Below are positions 38,601-52,262 of a DNA stretch of 64,000 nt, piece after piece. A program made the position numbers and the translations under genes. This DNA comes from the human T2T-CHM13v2.0 reference genome, Homo sapiens, in assembly GCF_009914755.1 (NCBI RefSeq), contig NC_060935.1. One strand, given 5' to 3'. The notes beneath the pieces are model-generated. The model made no database searches. It had not been told where the DNA came from and saw only the letters and a list, made by a program, of their open reading frames with translations. The number at the start of each line of letters is the position of its first letter. Position 1 is the stretch's first letter.

Positions 38601-39747
38601 TGCACTGAAGGAGTAGAATGGGGGGAAACGGGCAAAGCACAGATAGCACGACAGCACCTGCTGCACCTCTGAGGATGTCATCACCCCTCCTACCCTAACA
38701 GGCCCTTCAGGAGGCACAGACCTTGTTTGAATTATCACAGTTGTATCCCCAGAGCATAGCTCAGTGTCAGGCCCCATAGTATTGTTGAATGGCAGATCCT
38801 TCAAAGCATAGCTTAAATACATTTCTTTGAATTACCTACCCCATTCCACAGAATTAATCATCCCTGTCGAAGTCCCTACATCCCTCTTTGCTCCCCTCTA
38901 GCCACACTGAATTATGATTGCCGTCATCCTTGTCTGTTTCCCTACTGGGCTACGGGCCTCCTGAGCAGGATCCTTGTCTCCCAGGGCTGAGGCCCATAGC
39001 AGGAGCTTAACATGCAGCTCCTGGACTGCATGGAGCTAGTTCCACTGGGGCCTTTGGTGTGGAGTACTCAGGGTGAGAAAGAACATTCAGCTCCAGCCTG
39101 TCTGCTGGGAAGCCCATGTGCAGTCGGAGGGGCCTGCCATCCTCCCCCAGCTGTGCCAGCCCCGTGCAGTGGGCACGCCGTCACTGTGCATTTGGCTCTG
39201 CCCTAGAGCTGTGCTCTTCACACTGATCCCAAGGCCCCATTTATGAAAGCTCTCCACCCTGGCCCACAGACCCCTGGAGCCAGAAGGCAAGGGAATGAGG
39301 CCTCTGGGCAGATGGGTCAGCTTGGACTGTTCTGCAATGAGGGAAAATGTACAGAGGCAGAGAGAATGAGGGGTGGCATCCTGGGCTCACTGAGAGAGGG
39401 AGGCCATCCTCTCCCAGGAGCAAGACCCAGCCCTTTATGGTTACACAGAAGCCATGAGGACAGTCACACCAGCTTGGATTCCCATACACAGGATAGTCTG
39501 TCTTCCTCTTGGAGGCCCCTGCCCTGTGCCGGTGGGAAATCAGAAACATGGCTACTGATTGCAAACGTGTTAAGAAGAAGAAAAAAGCAAATCAGTATCC
39601 CAGGCACACTAAGGTGATGGGCTGGTACATCAGTTCTTCAGCAATCTTATGAAATTAGCTAAAGCCAAACTTCCAGGCACAGGGAAAACGGAAATAAACC
39701 CTCCAAGGTCAGATGCACAGGGCTTGTCCTGCCTGCTACAAAGCTAT

Positions 39748-39915
39748 CCCTTGCTCTACAAAGTGTGTTCCATGGCCCAGCAGCATGGGCATCGCTGAGG
39801 AGCATGTCAGAAATGCAGGCTCTTGGACCCCAGCCCAGACCTACCTCATCATAATCTGCATTTGAACAAATCCCCAACTGATTCATATGGACATTAAAAT
39901 CTGCGAAGTTCAGCC
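39748..39915. mobile_element. MER5A1
   Basis: caaagtgtgttcc...cagcagcatgggcatc...agaaatgcaggctc...aatctgcatttgaacaaatcccc. Confidence 0.85.
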
Positions 39916-40934
39916 TTTGCTCAGATTCACTCCATTTGCTCAGGATTCTCCCCTTTAAACCATAAGAAGCTATGGGTTTGCCAGTCTGAAATCCTGAGCA
40001 CCTTCCCCTTGGTCCAATCTGATGCCCACTGCTGTGCCTAAGAGAGGGACTGTCTTGCCTCTTGCCTCTATGCCTGCTGCTCCCTTTGCCTAGACTGTCC
40101 TCCTTTGCCAGCTCTACTCTTAGCCTGCTAAAATTCAGCTCTAGGGCTCCCTTCTGGGCAGCTTCCCCTGATTCCCCCGGCTGTAAGAAGCCCTCCTCTG
40201 GTCTCCCATGAGTCTATGCTATGACTCTGTCCTCAGTCATAGCACAGCTTTCATCAGACTGTGCAGCTCTGAAGTCTCCTCATCACATGGGGAACTATGC
40301 GGTCAGCTCTATACAACCAACTGCTGCCACAGACACTTGAAACGTCTTGGTCGAAGAGGAAAGGATGTCCACTGGACATTATTCTGAGGGTAAAGGCCAT
40401 TCATTCTGGAGGAGCCAATGGCAGATGGATCTGAAAATGTGCCCCCTACCCTGGCCCAGCCTGCTCCTGGCCATCCACACAGAGCTTCTGGGAGCTAAGG
40501 CCTGAGGAGGGTTCAGGAAAGGTCAGCACGCCAACTTCATAAGACCATTCTGAAATCCACACACTCTTTCTCTTCCGATTGAGGCAAGACCCTGAATGGC
40601 AGAAGGCTCTAAAGGCAGCCCGTGGTGACGCTAATGAGCTGTGGGAGGGCAGGTGATGGGGGCTGTGATGGGAGGTGTGCTTTCAGGATGCACAGACGTT
40701 ACTTCAATAAATAATGAGCTCAATATCCGTGGGCGAGTTGGTATTTAGGCTCCTTTCCGTGTGTTTTTGGATGGATGATTAATGCAGCTGTAAAAGAGAA
40801 GCCGTGAGCTGTGTGTGGGCAGATGCAGACTGAAATGAAGGCCCCGAGCAAAGTTCCATCGTGGGACATGGGGGTCCAATGTGTAACCCCCTCCCCGGAA
40901 GGACACAGCACCTACTCTGTGCGGGGGACTTTCC

Positions 40935-41090
40935 ATGCATTTCTCATTCACCTTGTCAAGAGCTCAGTGAGATTACTGTTATTACCTGCATTTTACAAAT
41001 AAGGAAACAGAAGCTCTGAGCAATTAAAAAGAAAGGATTATCAAAATTCGCCTAGCTGCTGAGTGCTGGAGTCAGGCTGCTCATCCGAAC
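40935..41090 (-). mobile_element. MIR fragment
   Basis: ctgttattacctgcattttacaaataaggaaacagaagctc. Confidence 0.7.
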
Positions 41091-41157
41091 CTGTTTGTAA
41101 GGCAGAGCTCTTGCAAAATGCAACAAGCCTACTGCTGACCACCAGAGACCTAAGCTA

Positions 41158-41503
<346 letters not shown>

Positions 41504-41979
41504 TACCCAAGTGAAATGTTAATAAAGCCCCCAGGGGTCTCTCTGCTGCCTTCAAATGATGGAATGGACACTAGATGGAGCGTGCAGAAAGTCACATGGG
41601 TTACAAAAACAAGAGTCCCAGGGACTAGAAGGACAGAACCCAAGTTATGGGGGGACCTTAGCAGCCCTGCCAAAGGTCCAAAGCAGGTGAGGAGAAACTG
41701 AACAGCTCTTCCAGGTCCCCAAGGAGTGGAGCCCACAAATCAGTGCACTGAGACTAAAAGAAGAGGCCCCAGGGCCTGTAGCTGGGAGCAGCCAGGGCCA
41801 GGCAGCCGCGACATGAGCTTCAGCATCTGCCATGCCCATGATTAATCCCAGCTCTGATTCTAGAGTCAGGGCTCTATGAGACCTTGGGCAAGTCACTCAA
41901 CATTTCCAAGCCATCGGTGACATGTGATCATCATGCCAATCTGGAGGAGAACCTGTCAGAAGACAATGTAGGGACAACA

Positions 41980-42446
41980 TGTTTATTAGGTTAATGGCTA
42001 AAGGGGAAAAAAGGGTTTCCTCCTGTTCTCACAAACCACCCAACACAACATTTTGACAATCAGTTCTCCAGCAGACACCACCTGCGTGTTCTCTAATTCA
42101 ATTCCATTCCGACCCCATCTACCATTGGTTGAGGGCTAAGTCCCACAAGACTGCCTCCACTTCAGATGCTGCTTGCAAGTAGCAGGTGGTTACCTATCCT
42201 TTTGATGACCCACTATAAATCAGAGATTCCTATGACCCCCTCCTCGGTGTGATTAATCTGCTAGGGTGGCTCACAGAACTCAGGGAAACACATTACTTAT
42301 GTTTACCAGTGTATTATAAAGGATATAGATAAACAGCCAGATGGAAGAAATGCATGGTGTAAGGCATGGCAGAAGGGTGCTCCACCTCCAAGAACTTTTT
42401 GCCAGAAATGGGGATGAAGACCAACTATGCATTTCATAATATCACA
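41980..42446 (-). mobile_element. MER21-family LTR, internally deleted
   Basis: ggttgagggctaagtcccacaagactgcc...ggctcacagaactcagggaaacac...cataatatcaca. Confidence 0.8.
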
Positions 42447-44109
42447 ATGGCCAGACACAATTCCTTTTAGGGAGAAGTCTTTGCAAGACCAATTTCATGA
42501 GTGCTGGCTGGCAGGTGGGCATACAAACACACACATACACATACCCAGGACCAGGGCACCAACTGTATACCAACTGTGGACCAGACAGCAAAAGAGGGGA
42601 GGAGTTGACCTTCATGGGCCAGCATGAAGAACAGGGGGCTTGCTTCTGACAAAGAGAAGGGAGGACCACAAGTGGCAGGCCAGCAAGCTGACATGAGCCT
42701 AGGATGAACTGTGGGGCAGGGAAACCTTGTGTGGTAAAGGGGCCAGCAGATGCTTTCAGAACTTGGAGGCTTCTGGAGCCAGTAAAAGTTGCTGCCCTAT
42801 GTAATCTTCTCTAGGGAGGCCTATTGTGATCCTGAACCTTGCACATGAGTGAATTCTCTTGGTGGAATCTGCAGACTATCAGCACAGTGAGAGCATCACA
42901 GAGATGGTTGGTGGGGAGATGGACACCCAGGAGGCAGAGGCCACCTTGAGTCCCTGGGAGTGCGTGGGAATCTACAAGAAGGACTCAGCATGCTGGAAGC
43001 TGTGAGATTATCTGAAATTATGCATATATCTTTGAGGAGCGAGTAGGCCTGCTGGCACCTGGGCCACCCTTGTCAGAGGCTTGGCACCATCCCAGGTCCT
43101 TGTACCTCCCGCCCTACTTGCCTTCTTCCCTGTATTCATTTCCTCAAACTTCTCTGCCTGTCACAATGTGCTCTGAAAGTCAGAAGCCCATGCTGCATCA
43201 GGACTATCCCCATCTTAGGAAATAAAACAAAAGGAATATTGGGTTTCTGTGAAATGAAGGGTGTGTAAGCCCCAAGGTCTTTGGGCACCCCAGGACACTT
43301 GCACCCCTGTCAAGAAGGGGCAGAGATGAGGAGTAGATCTGAAAGTTAAATCACTCCAAATGGGTTTTCTTCATCTTCTTCTACTTAAAAAATAATTCAT
43401 AGTACTAGACAGGTTGACAACTTATTAAAAATGGTTCCTCACCTGGAAAGTGCTGATTACTTACAGTGTACTATCTTTATTACATCCATACTGACATTTA
43501 ACACTCAATAAATCTCCACTCCCTCCATGAAGATATGTCTGACAGCCAACGGCAGTCCCTGCCTTTTCTCTGACTTCTAGCATGGGGTTTGGCTTCAGGC
43601 AGCTGAGCTGTGCTCTGCTACCAGGACCCTCAAAGCCAAGGTAAATCTTAGTGAAAAAGACCAGTCCCGGGATGGCTTTGTCCAAGCTGACGGCTCCTCC
43701 CCCAGCACAGCCAAGACCCCCATGTGCTAAAAGCAGCCAAAGCCCAAATGTAAAGGGAGATGGATAAGAGCTGTGTATGTGAGGGAAGGAATAAATGTTC
43801 CTGCCATCTCCCTCACCACTTGACCTGGTATGATGGCCAAGGCCCCTCACTGTGGTTTCCCCAGCCACCACAGTCCTCTCCAGGAATGACCACCCATCAT
43901 CCTCCAATAAGTAAATATGCCCCCAAACTCTGGGCCTTTGCTCATTCTTCTTCAGCCTTCTTTCCTTTGCATCCATAAGCTACTCAATTAATGCTCTGAA
44001 TCTTCCCCACTCATCTCCCCTCCCCCTTTATTTAACCATTCCACTTCCCTTTTTCTGTGAAAGGTTGTCTTCATGATATTATTATAAAAATCATTTTATG
44101 TTGCATCAA

Positions 44110-44322
44110 GGCATAAGAACGACACAATGGACTTTGGGGGCTCAGGGAGAAAGGGTAGGAAGGGGTGAAGGATGAAAGACTACAAATTGGGTTCAGTATA
44201 TCCTGCTTGGGTAATGGGTGCACCAAAACCTCGCAAATCACTATTAAAGAACTTACTCATGTAACCAAATACCACCTGTTCCCCAAAAAACTATGGAAAT
44301 AAAAAATGTAAAAAATAAAATA
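44110..44322 (+). mobile_element. L1PB1-type 3' end, 5'-truncated
   Basis: ggcataagaacgacacaatggactttgggg...aagaacttactcatgtaaccaaataccacctgttcccc plus an A tail, flanked by a ~24-bp TSD. Confidence 0.92.
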
Positions 44323-44991
44323 AAAAATAGTTTTATATTGCATCAACATTATTTAGTATTAGGAAATGCTAGTACAAATAAAATATATCCAGTGAATATG
44401 TAAGTTTTGAGACCCACTGAAAATACTCATTCATCTGTGCATCCTTTCAGCTGTTTTATAAATCAAAATTATTTTTCTCTCCTCTCATTCGAGTCCCTGC
44501 ACAGGTTTTCCTCAGCAGCTGAGCTTGAAGGTTTCCATACGTTGGCTTCTAATAAGAACAGTGGCAGCCCCAAGCATTGCTCAGAAACTCCATCCACAAT
44601 ATCTGAGGCAGTGCCATGCAAGAGCTCCAGGTATGACCAGAGCTAGCCAGTCCACACAGCACCTCCTGCAAGCTGGGACTCTGTCCTCCTTTCTACTGCA
44701 CCTGAGCTCACTTTTCTGATGGAAAGACAGAGACAACCAAGAGCTGAATCCTGACTTCTTGAACACTGCCTGCCCCTAGTGCAAATTCCTGCAGGAAAAG
44801 TGCACAGTGAATAAGGTGATGAAAATAATGGCTTGAGTGAGGGAGCAGGACAAAGGTGGTTATAAGCCCAAGCTCCATAAATGAACAGCTGGGTATGGGT
44901 CCTAGGTCCAAGCCTTACTATCTATGACATTGTGCAAGCTATTTATTCTCCCTAAACTTCAGGGGATAATAGCTGTGCCTATTTTATAGAG

Positions 44992-45459
44992 TATATTACT
45001 TTCCTATTGTTGTGGTAACAAATTACTACAAACTTAGTGATGTAAATGACACAAATTTATTATTTTTCAGTTCTCAGGTTAAAAATCTGCAATGGGTTTC
45101 ACTGGGCTAAAATCAAAGGGTCAGCAGGGCTGTACTCCTCCTGCAGGCTCTCGCGGAGAATCCATTTTCTTTCCTTTTTCAGCTTCTATAAGCTTCCCGC
45201 ATTCCTTGACTCGGGGTCCTCTTCGTCTGTCTTCACAGTCAGCCCAGGTGGATCGAATCCTTCTCGCATTGAATCACTGTGACTCTCCAGCCTGCCTCTT
45301 TTGCTTGTTAAGACTCTTGTGGACGATCCAGGATAACCTTCCCAACTCAAGGTCAGCTGATTAGCAAACCAAATTCCCTCTTGCCATGGAATAAACTGTA
45401 TTCAGATTATGGAGATTAGGATGGGGACCTCTTTGGGGGCCATCATCCTTCCTGCCACA
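44992..45459 (-). mobile_element. MLT1D-like solo LTR inserted in a MIR
   Basis: cactgggctaaaatcaaag...aaggtcagctgattagcaa...ctttgggggccatcatccttcctgccaca. TSD tagag/taggg. Confidence 0.88.
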
Positions 45460-46577
45460 TAGGGTTGTTTGGAGAGTCAAGTGAACAATACTTGGCACAT
45501 AAGTGCTCTTTAACTGTTGGAAATTTCTGTATTTGGTTCCAAATCCTTGTGTGAACTCCTGGCCCTTGGCAGCAAAGTACATGGGGGAGCCAGTCTGGTC
45601 TATCTGATCCAAGCTTCTTTTCTCCTGGGCCCTGTAAGAGTGAGAGGGCCACTTCCAAGTGGGTGATAACTATGGACCCAACTCACCACATGGATTCCTA
45701 AAAGGCCATGCTTACCAGAAGGATGAGTAAGGTCCAAAGATGGCCCACCTGAAAAGCCAAGAGCTTTAACCTCTTTGTTCTTCACAAGGAAAGCTCTACT
45801 GTAGACCCCAAGGCCCAAACATGACCTTGCCCTTGACCCACGTGGCCTTTAGTGATGGAATGAAGAATAAAAAGAAGGGCTTAGTCAGCCATAGAAATTA
45901 AGGAGCAACATTAGAGCCCACTGCTGTGGAGTATGATCCAGGCACAGTGAAGTGTGCCCCAAACATGGAAAGAAAGTGACTTGGTAATAATAATACCATC
46001 AGTAGCTAACATTTTTTGAGTACTTCCTACATGCCCAGCCCTGAATGAAAAGCTTTATGGAGTTTATCTTATTCCATCCCCACAGGAGTATGAATGGGGG
46101 AGCATTATTATGACAGTGAAATGAGCAGGCACTCACACATGGGTGGAAATAGCTTGCTGTTAGCAAACTGATAGCTGAGAGATGTGGGATCCCTGAAGTT
46201 CCATCCTTTGACTTGGGCAGGTCTCAAGGATACGGTGCTAGGAGAGGACTAGTACACATTACATTGAAACCTATGCATCTGAGCTGAACCTCCCTGAGAT
46301 AATAGTGTGAGCAGGAGCAGTGAGGCAAGGGCCTTTCACAAGGAGGAAAATGCCCACCTGTGCCCACCACTGTCCATGCCAGTCCACATGAAGATGGAAT
46401 CTCCTTGGCAGGTCGCTCCCTAGAGAGAAGATAGAATCAGTTCCACCCAGTTTGGCAGGCAGAGCTTGGGAGTTGGGCCTGGTTTTAATGCCAGCTCTGC
46501 CATGAAAACACCTGTGACCTTAGGAATGTTCTTAATTTCTCTGTGCTTAGACTTCCCATCTATCAGATGATGATGAT

Positions 46578-46845
46578 ATTAATAATAGCAAACATTTATG
46601 TAGGTGTTTACCAAGTGCAAGGTCCTGGTCAACGAGCATATGTGTTAACTCTTATTCCTTGTAGCGACCCAATAAGGTAGGTATTAATGTTATCCTGTTT
46701 TACAAATAGGAAACTGAGACACAGAAAGTTTATATTAAACAATCTGCTGAAGGTCACAGAGCCAACGGTGGTCAGAGCTGGGATTTAAACACTTAGAGTC
46801 TGGCTCTAGCCTCAGGGGTCTGACCACTACTCTATACTGCCTCAC
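46578..46845 (-). mobile_element. MIR SINE, near full length
   Basis: aatagcaaacatttat...ggaaactgagacacagaaag...aaggtcacagagc...ctctatactgcctc. Confidence 0.9.
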
Positions 46846-46853
46846 AACATGGC

Positions 46854-47297
46854 TGCCATGGTTTGAATGTGTCCCCCAAAAAGCCTGCGTTGGAAACTTC
46901 ATCTCCAATGTGACAGTGTTGGAACATGGTGCCTAATGATAGGTGTTTGCATCCTGGGGTCATTCACTTCATGAATGCATTAATGCCTTTATCATGGGAG
47001 AAGTTTCATTGTTGCAGGAGCAGGTCCATTATCATGGGAGTGGGTTTCTTATAAAAGGGCAAGTTTGGCCTCTTCTCCTTCACTCATTCTCTCTCTCTCT
47101 CTCTCTAACACACACACACACACACACACACACACTCCTTCCACCATGGGATAATACAGCAAAAAGGCCCTTACCAGATGTTGGCCCCTCCATCTTGGAC
47201 TTCCCAGCCTTCAGAACTATGAGCCAATAAATCTCTGTGCATTATAAATTCTCCAGTGTCAAGTATTCTGTTACAGTGCACAAAATAGACTAAGAAA
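46854..47297 (+). mobile_element. MSTD-like solo LTR containing (CT)n(CA)n
   Basis: tgccatggtttgaatgtgtccccc...ttggacttcccagcc...gactaagaaa. TSD atggc/atgcc. The microsatellite spans ~47088-47135. Confidence 0.88.
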
Positions 47298-49327
47298 ATG
47301 CCTTACCTCCTAAGGCTGTTAGGAATTAAATAAGATATCTATGTAATGTGTATGCAGTGTCTCACATGTATAATAACAGTATATAATACATGCCAAATAT
47401 GATAAATATTAAACACATAAGAAATGAATGGAGGCTCAGTGATAGAGCACTCAGCCCAGTCCAGGGGCCTATAGGGACAGGTACTATTGTTTTCAAATGG
47501 CCAATGGTGTGACCAGAGTTACAAGGAAATGCAAGTCTTCCGTGGGACCATCTCTGACTTGTGCGTCAGAGACAGCCCAGAAGGTCCAGAATGTGTGCTC
47601 AGAAGGTCTGTCCTGGCAGATGTAACCAAGAAGCCCTGTGCTGCATTTGACTTGTGTTCTCTCCAAATCATGCAGGGCTGGGCCTGGGTCTCCCTAATGA
47701 AACTCCAACGCGGATTGTCAGAGGTTTGTCTGGCACATCTAGAACTGGATAATGCAACCTAAATGCACTATTATTCTGGCATAGCCACACTCCCAGACCT
47801 GAAAGTCCAGTACCCAAAGGTGGGCTCTGGAAGATAGTGGAGGTGTGGGTGGCAAGGTGACAGAGGCAGGGTGTGCACTGAAGCAGAGTGAGACAGCCAC
47901 AGAGGCCAGATCTAGGTCTAGCAAGTGTCCAGAGAGAGGTGGTCATCTCTAGTCCAAATCACTTCTCTCCCTGGTCCAGGTGGGGTCGTTGTCACTAGGG
48001 AGTCAGAAGCCAGACAAGCAACATGAGGTGTCTCTTCATCACATGCCCTGGACATACAAGGGCACCTCAACTCTCTGCCATTCCAGGAGCTCTGTGGCAG
48101 CTGCTCACTTATAAGACATGTCCTGTGAATCATTTGCAAGAAACAGGTGTCAAAAAAGATATACTATCATCCAAGAGCCATGAGCAGTGACATTGACAGG
48201 CATGAACACCTTCCAGACTTTCTTCCCGGGTTCAGAGCACCAACCTAGTCACTGAAAGCAAAGAACAATTAGTCCTGCCAGATGGGGCATGTATCAAAAA
48301 CCATCTCCCAGGGCATAACCAATTAAAGCCTGGGTTTTAAAAAGCCGATTGATTTGCTCAAAGGAGCAAACTCCTGGCTGCAGGGGCTCTTCCTGCTGAG
48401 CCATTTCTCTGCATTTCCTAAAGCAGATCTAAAACCTCCCTATGGATTTGGTTTTCATATGGCTATGCACAGAGTCCGTTGATAATCCCTATGCTTCAAA
48501 GCACTTGCCAGGCATTTTTCTGATGCATATTCATTTAATCATTCAACACAATTTCACTTCACCCTTTCACCCTGGAATCTGTACCCTGGGAAGGCCAGCA
48601 GCGAAGTGCTGGGGCAGCAGATTGGATGGACCAGGCCAAGTTGGCTGGCACAGTCTACACCACACCACAGAGGTGCGGACGGGGACCTCTGAGCCAGTCA
48701 CTCCCCTCCAGAAGCAAGACAATCTCACTTGGCATCCACAGCCAAGCAGAGCCCAAGGAACAAAGAAAGCCTACCCATTACAGGAGATTCAGATGGACAA
48801 AATCAGTAATGAAAAGCTCATCTCTCATAGAAAGGAAGAGTACCTATGATTCATTTAGCATTGACTCAAATTTTGATTTTTAAATTCTAAAATGAAGAAT
48901 GTGGGATGCTGTTTTATTGGCCCAATCAGAATTAATGAGTAAATGAAAACAGAAAGAAAAAAGGAAAAAAAACTTTCTTCGGGGCAGGGGAAATCACTCC
49001 AAATTGTATCCTCGTGTTTAAGTCACCCAGGCATCCTGGTATCAGGCAAAGGCCACCATTTCATCCAACAGTTACTCGTACTGCTGTGCTGCCAGCTTAG
49101 TGCCAGGCAATAGGCATACAGAAATGAGGAGACACCAGGTGCTGCCCTCTGGGTCACTTTTCTACTCATTGTGGCCTCACAAGGAACATCTCTGGTACCT
49201 GGCAGCTGCCTGTTTAGAAACCAACAATAACACTGCCATAGAAGCTGAGAATGCTGCTAACACAGGGAAGAACTGGCTCAAGCCACAACAGAGAAAAGCA
49301 CAGGGTTAGAAATAGATCTGCATTCTG

Positions 49328-49785
49328 CACTATTTACAATAGCAAAGACTTGGAACCAATCCAAATGTCCATCAATGATAGACTGGATAAAGAAAATGTG
49401 GTACATATATGCCATGGAACATTGTGCAGCCATAAAAAAGAATGAGTTCATGTCCTTTGCAGGGACATGGATGAAGCTGGAAACCATCATTGTCAGCAAA
49501 CTAAAACAGGAACAGGAAACCAAACACCGCATGTTCTCACTCACAGGTGGGAGTTGAACAATGAGAACACATGGACACAGAGAGGGGACATCACATACCG
49601 GGGCCTTTCGGGGGGTGGGGGGCAAGGGGAGGGAGAGTATTAGGACAAATACCTAACGTATCTGGGGCCTAAAACCTAGATGAGGGGTTGATAGCTCCAG
49701 AAAACCACCAAGGCACATGTATACCTATGTAACAAACCACGTTCTGCACATGTATCCCAGAACTTAAAGTAAATAAATAAATAAA
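49328..49785 (+). mobile_element. L1PA (L1PA8-like) 3' end, 5'-truncated
   Basis: ORF2 C-terminus (DWIKKMWYIY...HRMFSL), 3'UTR with G-tract and aaaacctagatga diagnostic. 20-bp TSD agaaat(a/g)gatctgcattctg. Confidence 0.95.
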
Positions 49786-49845
49786 AGAAATGGATCTGCA
49801 TTCTGAAGTTCCAGAGCAGAAAGGCCATGACTTTAAAATTTCTTG

Positions 49846-50157
<312 letters not shown>

Positions 50158-50334
50158 TTTCTTGGACCTCAGTAGGGCAGCTTTTCCTCTATTGGGTGGA
50201 TCTTTTTGGGCAGCTTCTCTTCACAGCCTAAAGCCAGAGACTACTCAAGAAACAACATCTCCCATTCATGAAAACCTCCTGGTTTCGTGACCAGCTCAAC
50301 CTTCCTACATAAGCCTGATACGTTCCTTGATCTC

Positions 50335-50475
50335 TAGAAGGCTCAGTTTTCCCATCTGTGAGTGGTAATAATATTAGCCAATATTGAGGAATTGTTAAGA
50401 GAATTACGGATAACATTGTGAGTGTGTAGTAAGTCTCCAGCACACAGTGATGCTCAGTAAGTGATTGTTGATTAC
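50335..50475 (+). mobile_element. MIR fragment
   Basis: gctcagttttcccatctgtgag...gaggaattgttaagagaatt...gctcagtaagtg. Confidence 0.75.
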
Positions 50476-50789
50476 AAAATAGAAATGATGTTATCTACGT
50501 CTCAAGATTTTTTGGAAAAAAAGCCATGAGGTACACCCACCACTGAGCCTCCCAGTTGGTGACTAGATAAGTAGGAGGCCCTGCTAAGGCCCAAGAAATT
50601 GGAAAGTCGTGCCTTTCTGCTCTGGAACTTCAGAACGGAGATTTATTTCCATCCCTGTGCTTTTGTCTGTTTGTGGCTTGAGCCAGTTGTCCCTTTGATC
50701 ATAGGAATTTTCCCCCTTTCCTTCACCAACCCGCTCCTGTCCCAGCGTGTGGCAGCAGAGACCACAGCCATGGGGAGCTGTCACAGAGA

Positions 50790-51028
50790 CCATGGCATAA
50801 TGGTCCAGAACCTGGCTCTAGAATCAGACTGCCTAGGTTCAGATCCGAGGAGCACACATTACCTAAGCCATCGGTGCCTCTGTTTTCTCATCTATAAAAT
50901 GGGATTGTAAAAGTAGCTCAGAGTGCTGCTGCAAGGATTTAGTGAAGCCATGCATATAAAGAACTTAGCACAGTACCTTGCATATAGGAAATCTTAATAA
51001 ATGTTAGATATTAGAATTATTATCAACA
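50790..51028 (+). mobile_element. MIR SINE
   Basis: ggctctagaatcagactgcctaggttc...gtgcctctgttttctcatctataaaatggg...cttagcacagtacc. Confidence 0.88.
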
Positions 51029-52132
51029 TCAGGAATAAGATAAGATGAAAGGAATACAGTCCCAGGAGTAGGAGCTAAACACAGGAGGATGAATTCAAGT
51101 CTCCAGCAGAAAACAAGCACTGCCAAGCAGCAGCATAAACAAGCCAGACACTAGAGCCTAAAAACTGGGTCCTTTCCCCAATGCTTCCTGTCTAGGATCC
51201 CATGTGACCCTGAGAGCCTGCTTCCCCAGTCTATATTTGCCAGTGGCCATCTTGTCTGAGAATGACAACCTACTTCAAGGGGCCATGCCCAGGACTGCCA
51301 CATCCAAGAGGTTTCACACCATCTTAGTGTCCTGCAAAGCTCAGCTCAAACTCGCCATCTCTTCCACAGCACTGACTGCCACCTAGACATGACTCAGCCA
51401 TATGAAAGACCCCTTGTGGGTGAGCTGAAGGCAGAGTCATGCCTCACAATTCACTGCAGCTCCCCTTCTTTCCACCGCTATCTGCCACACATGAATTTCT
51501 ACACAGCCTCAGCCTTTTTTGCTTTTAAGTGCAGAGGATTGGGGTGGATTTGACAGCAGTTCCTCTTCTATTCTGTCAGTACACACACTCCTCATCCTGG
51601 GGCATTTCCACTATAGCCAAATCAGAGAGATGAATCCGGCCCATCGTGCTATTATTCAAAGCTGGTGTAAGACTAATGTTCTCATTGGAGGGGAAGTATT
51701 TTAATCTTACAACTCCAACCATGATCATCTGGGAGTGTTGCAAATCAGATGCCAAATTCCACCAAAGGAAAATGCAATAACATGGAGTTATAAGCCAATC
51801 ACATGCTCTGTGATTTGAGCATATAAATGTAGAAGCCCAGCATGAATCTTCAAGAGCATCCTGGTTTTGCCTAGGGAAGGGGAAGGTTGAGGAGTGTCTC
51901 AAAAAAAAAAAAAATCCGAAATTACATCTTAAATAAAAAATCCAATCCAGCCCATGAGATGTGAATCAAAAAGTATTTGAAATCAGGCCAGCATTTTGTC
52001 AGCAATTTGAAGTTCTGAGCTCAGGGCCTGGACTCGGGGTTTCGAACCGTAGGTTTCCAACTTTGTTTCCTACAGTCCACTCAACAAAGTAAGATGAAGA
52101 GCAGCATTTTTGCATGGTGTATACAGGAATGT

Positions 52133-52262
52133 TAGGTTAAACAAAGCTAAACATGTTTCTTTCCGAAGGTACTTCTCAGAGCCTTCACTACGCTAATAAT
52201 GAATGTGAATCTCCAAGAGGGGGTTGGGTACGCAAACTTCCCCCAAAATGAATTGAACATTT
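52133..52262. mobile_element. MER103C-like hAT-Charlie
   Basis: ggttaaacaaagctaaacatgtttcttt...acttctcagagcc...tgtgaatctccaagaggggg. Confidence 0.7.

Larger units (their letters stand above)
46465..47390 (+). mobile_element. MIR split by an antisense MIR and an MSTD LTR
   Basis: The 5' half (ccagctctgcc...tgtgaccttagg, to ~46575) resumes after 47300 (ttacctcctaaggctgttaggaattaaat). Confidence 0.6.

Noticed and set aside
43461-43976. 171-aa ORF and other long ORFs (3210-3689, 9209-9685, 23259-23735, 57600-58052)
   Set aside because: They show no recognisable domain or coding-like composition, several overlap TEs, and such lengths occur by chance in 64 kb of six-frame translation.
46989-47045. 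Direct repeat ttatcatgggag inside MSTD
   Set aside because: It appears to be an intrinsic internal repeat of MST LTRs.
49375-49557. 60-aa ORF MIDWIKKMWYIY...
   Set aside because: It is the C-terminal remnant of L1 ORF2 in a truncated L1PA, not a gene.
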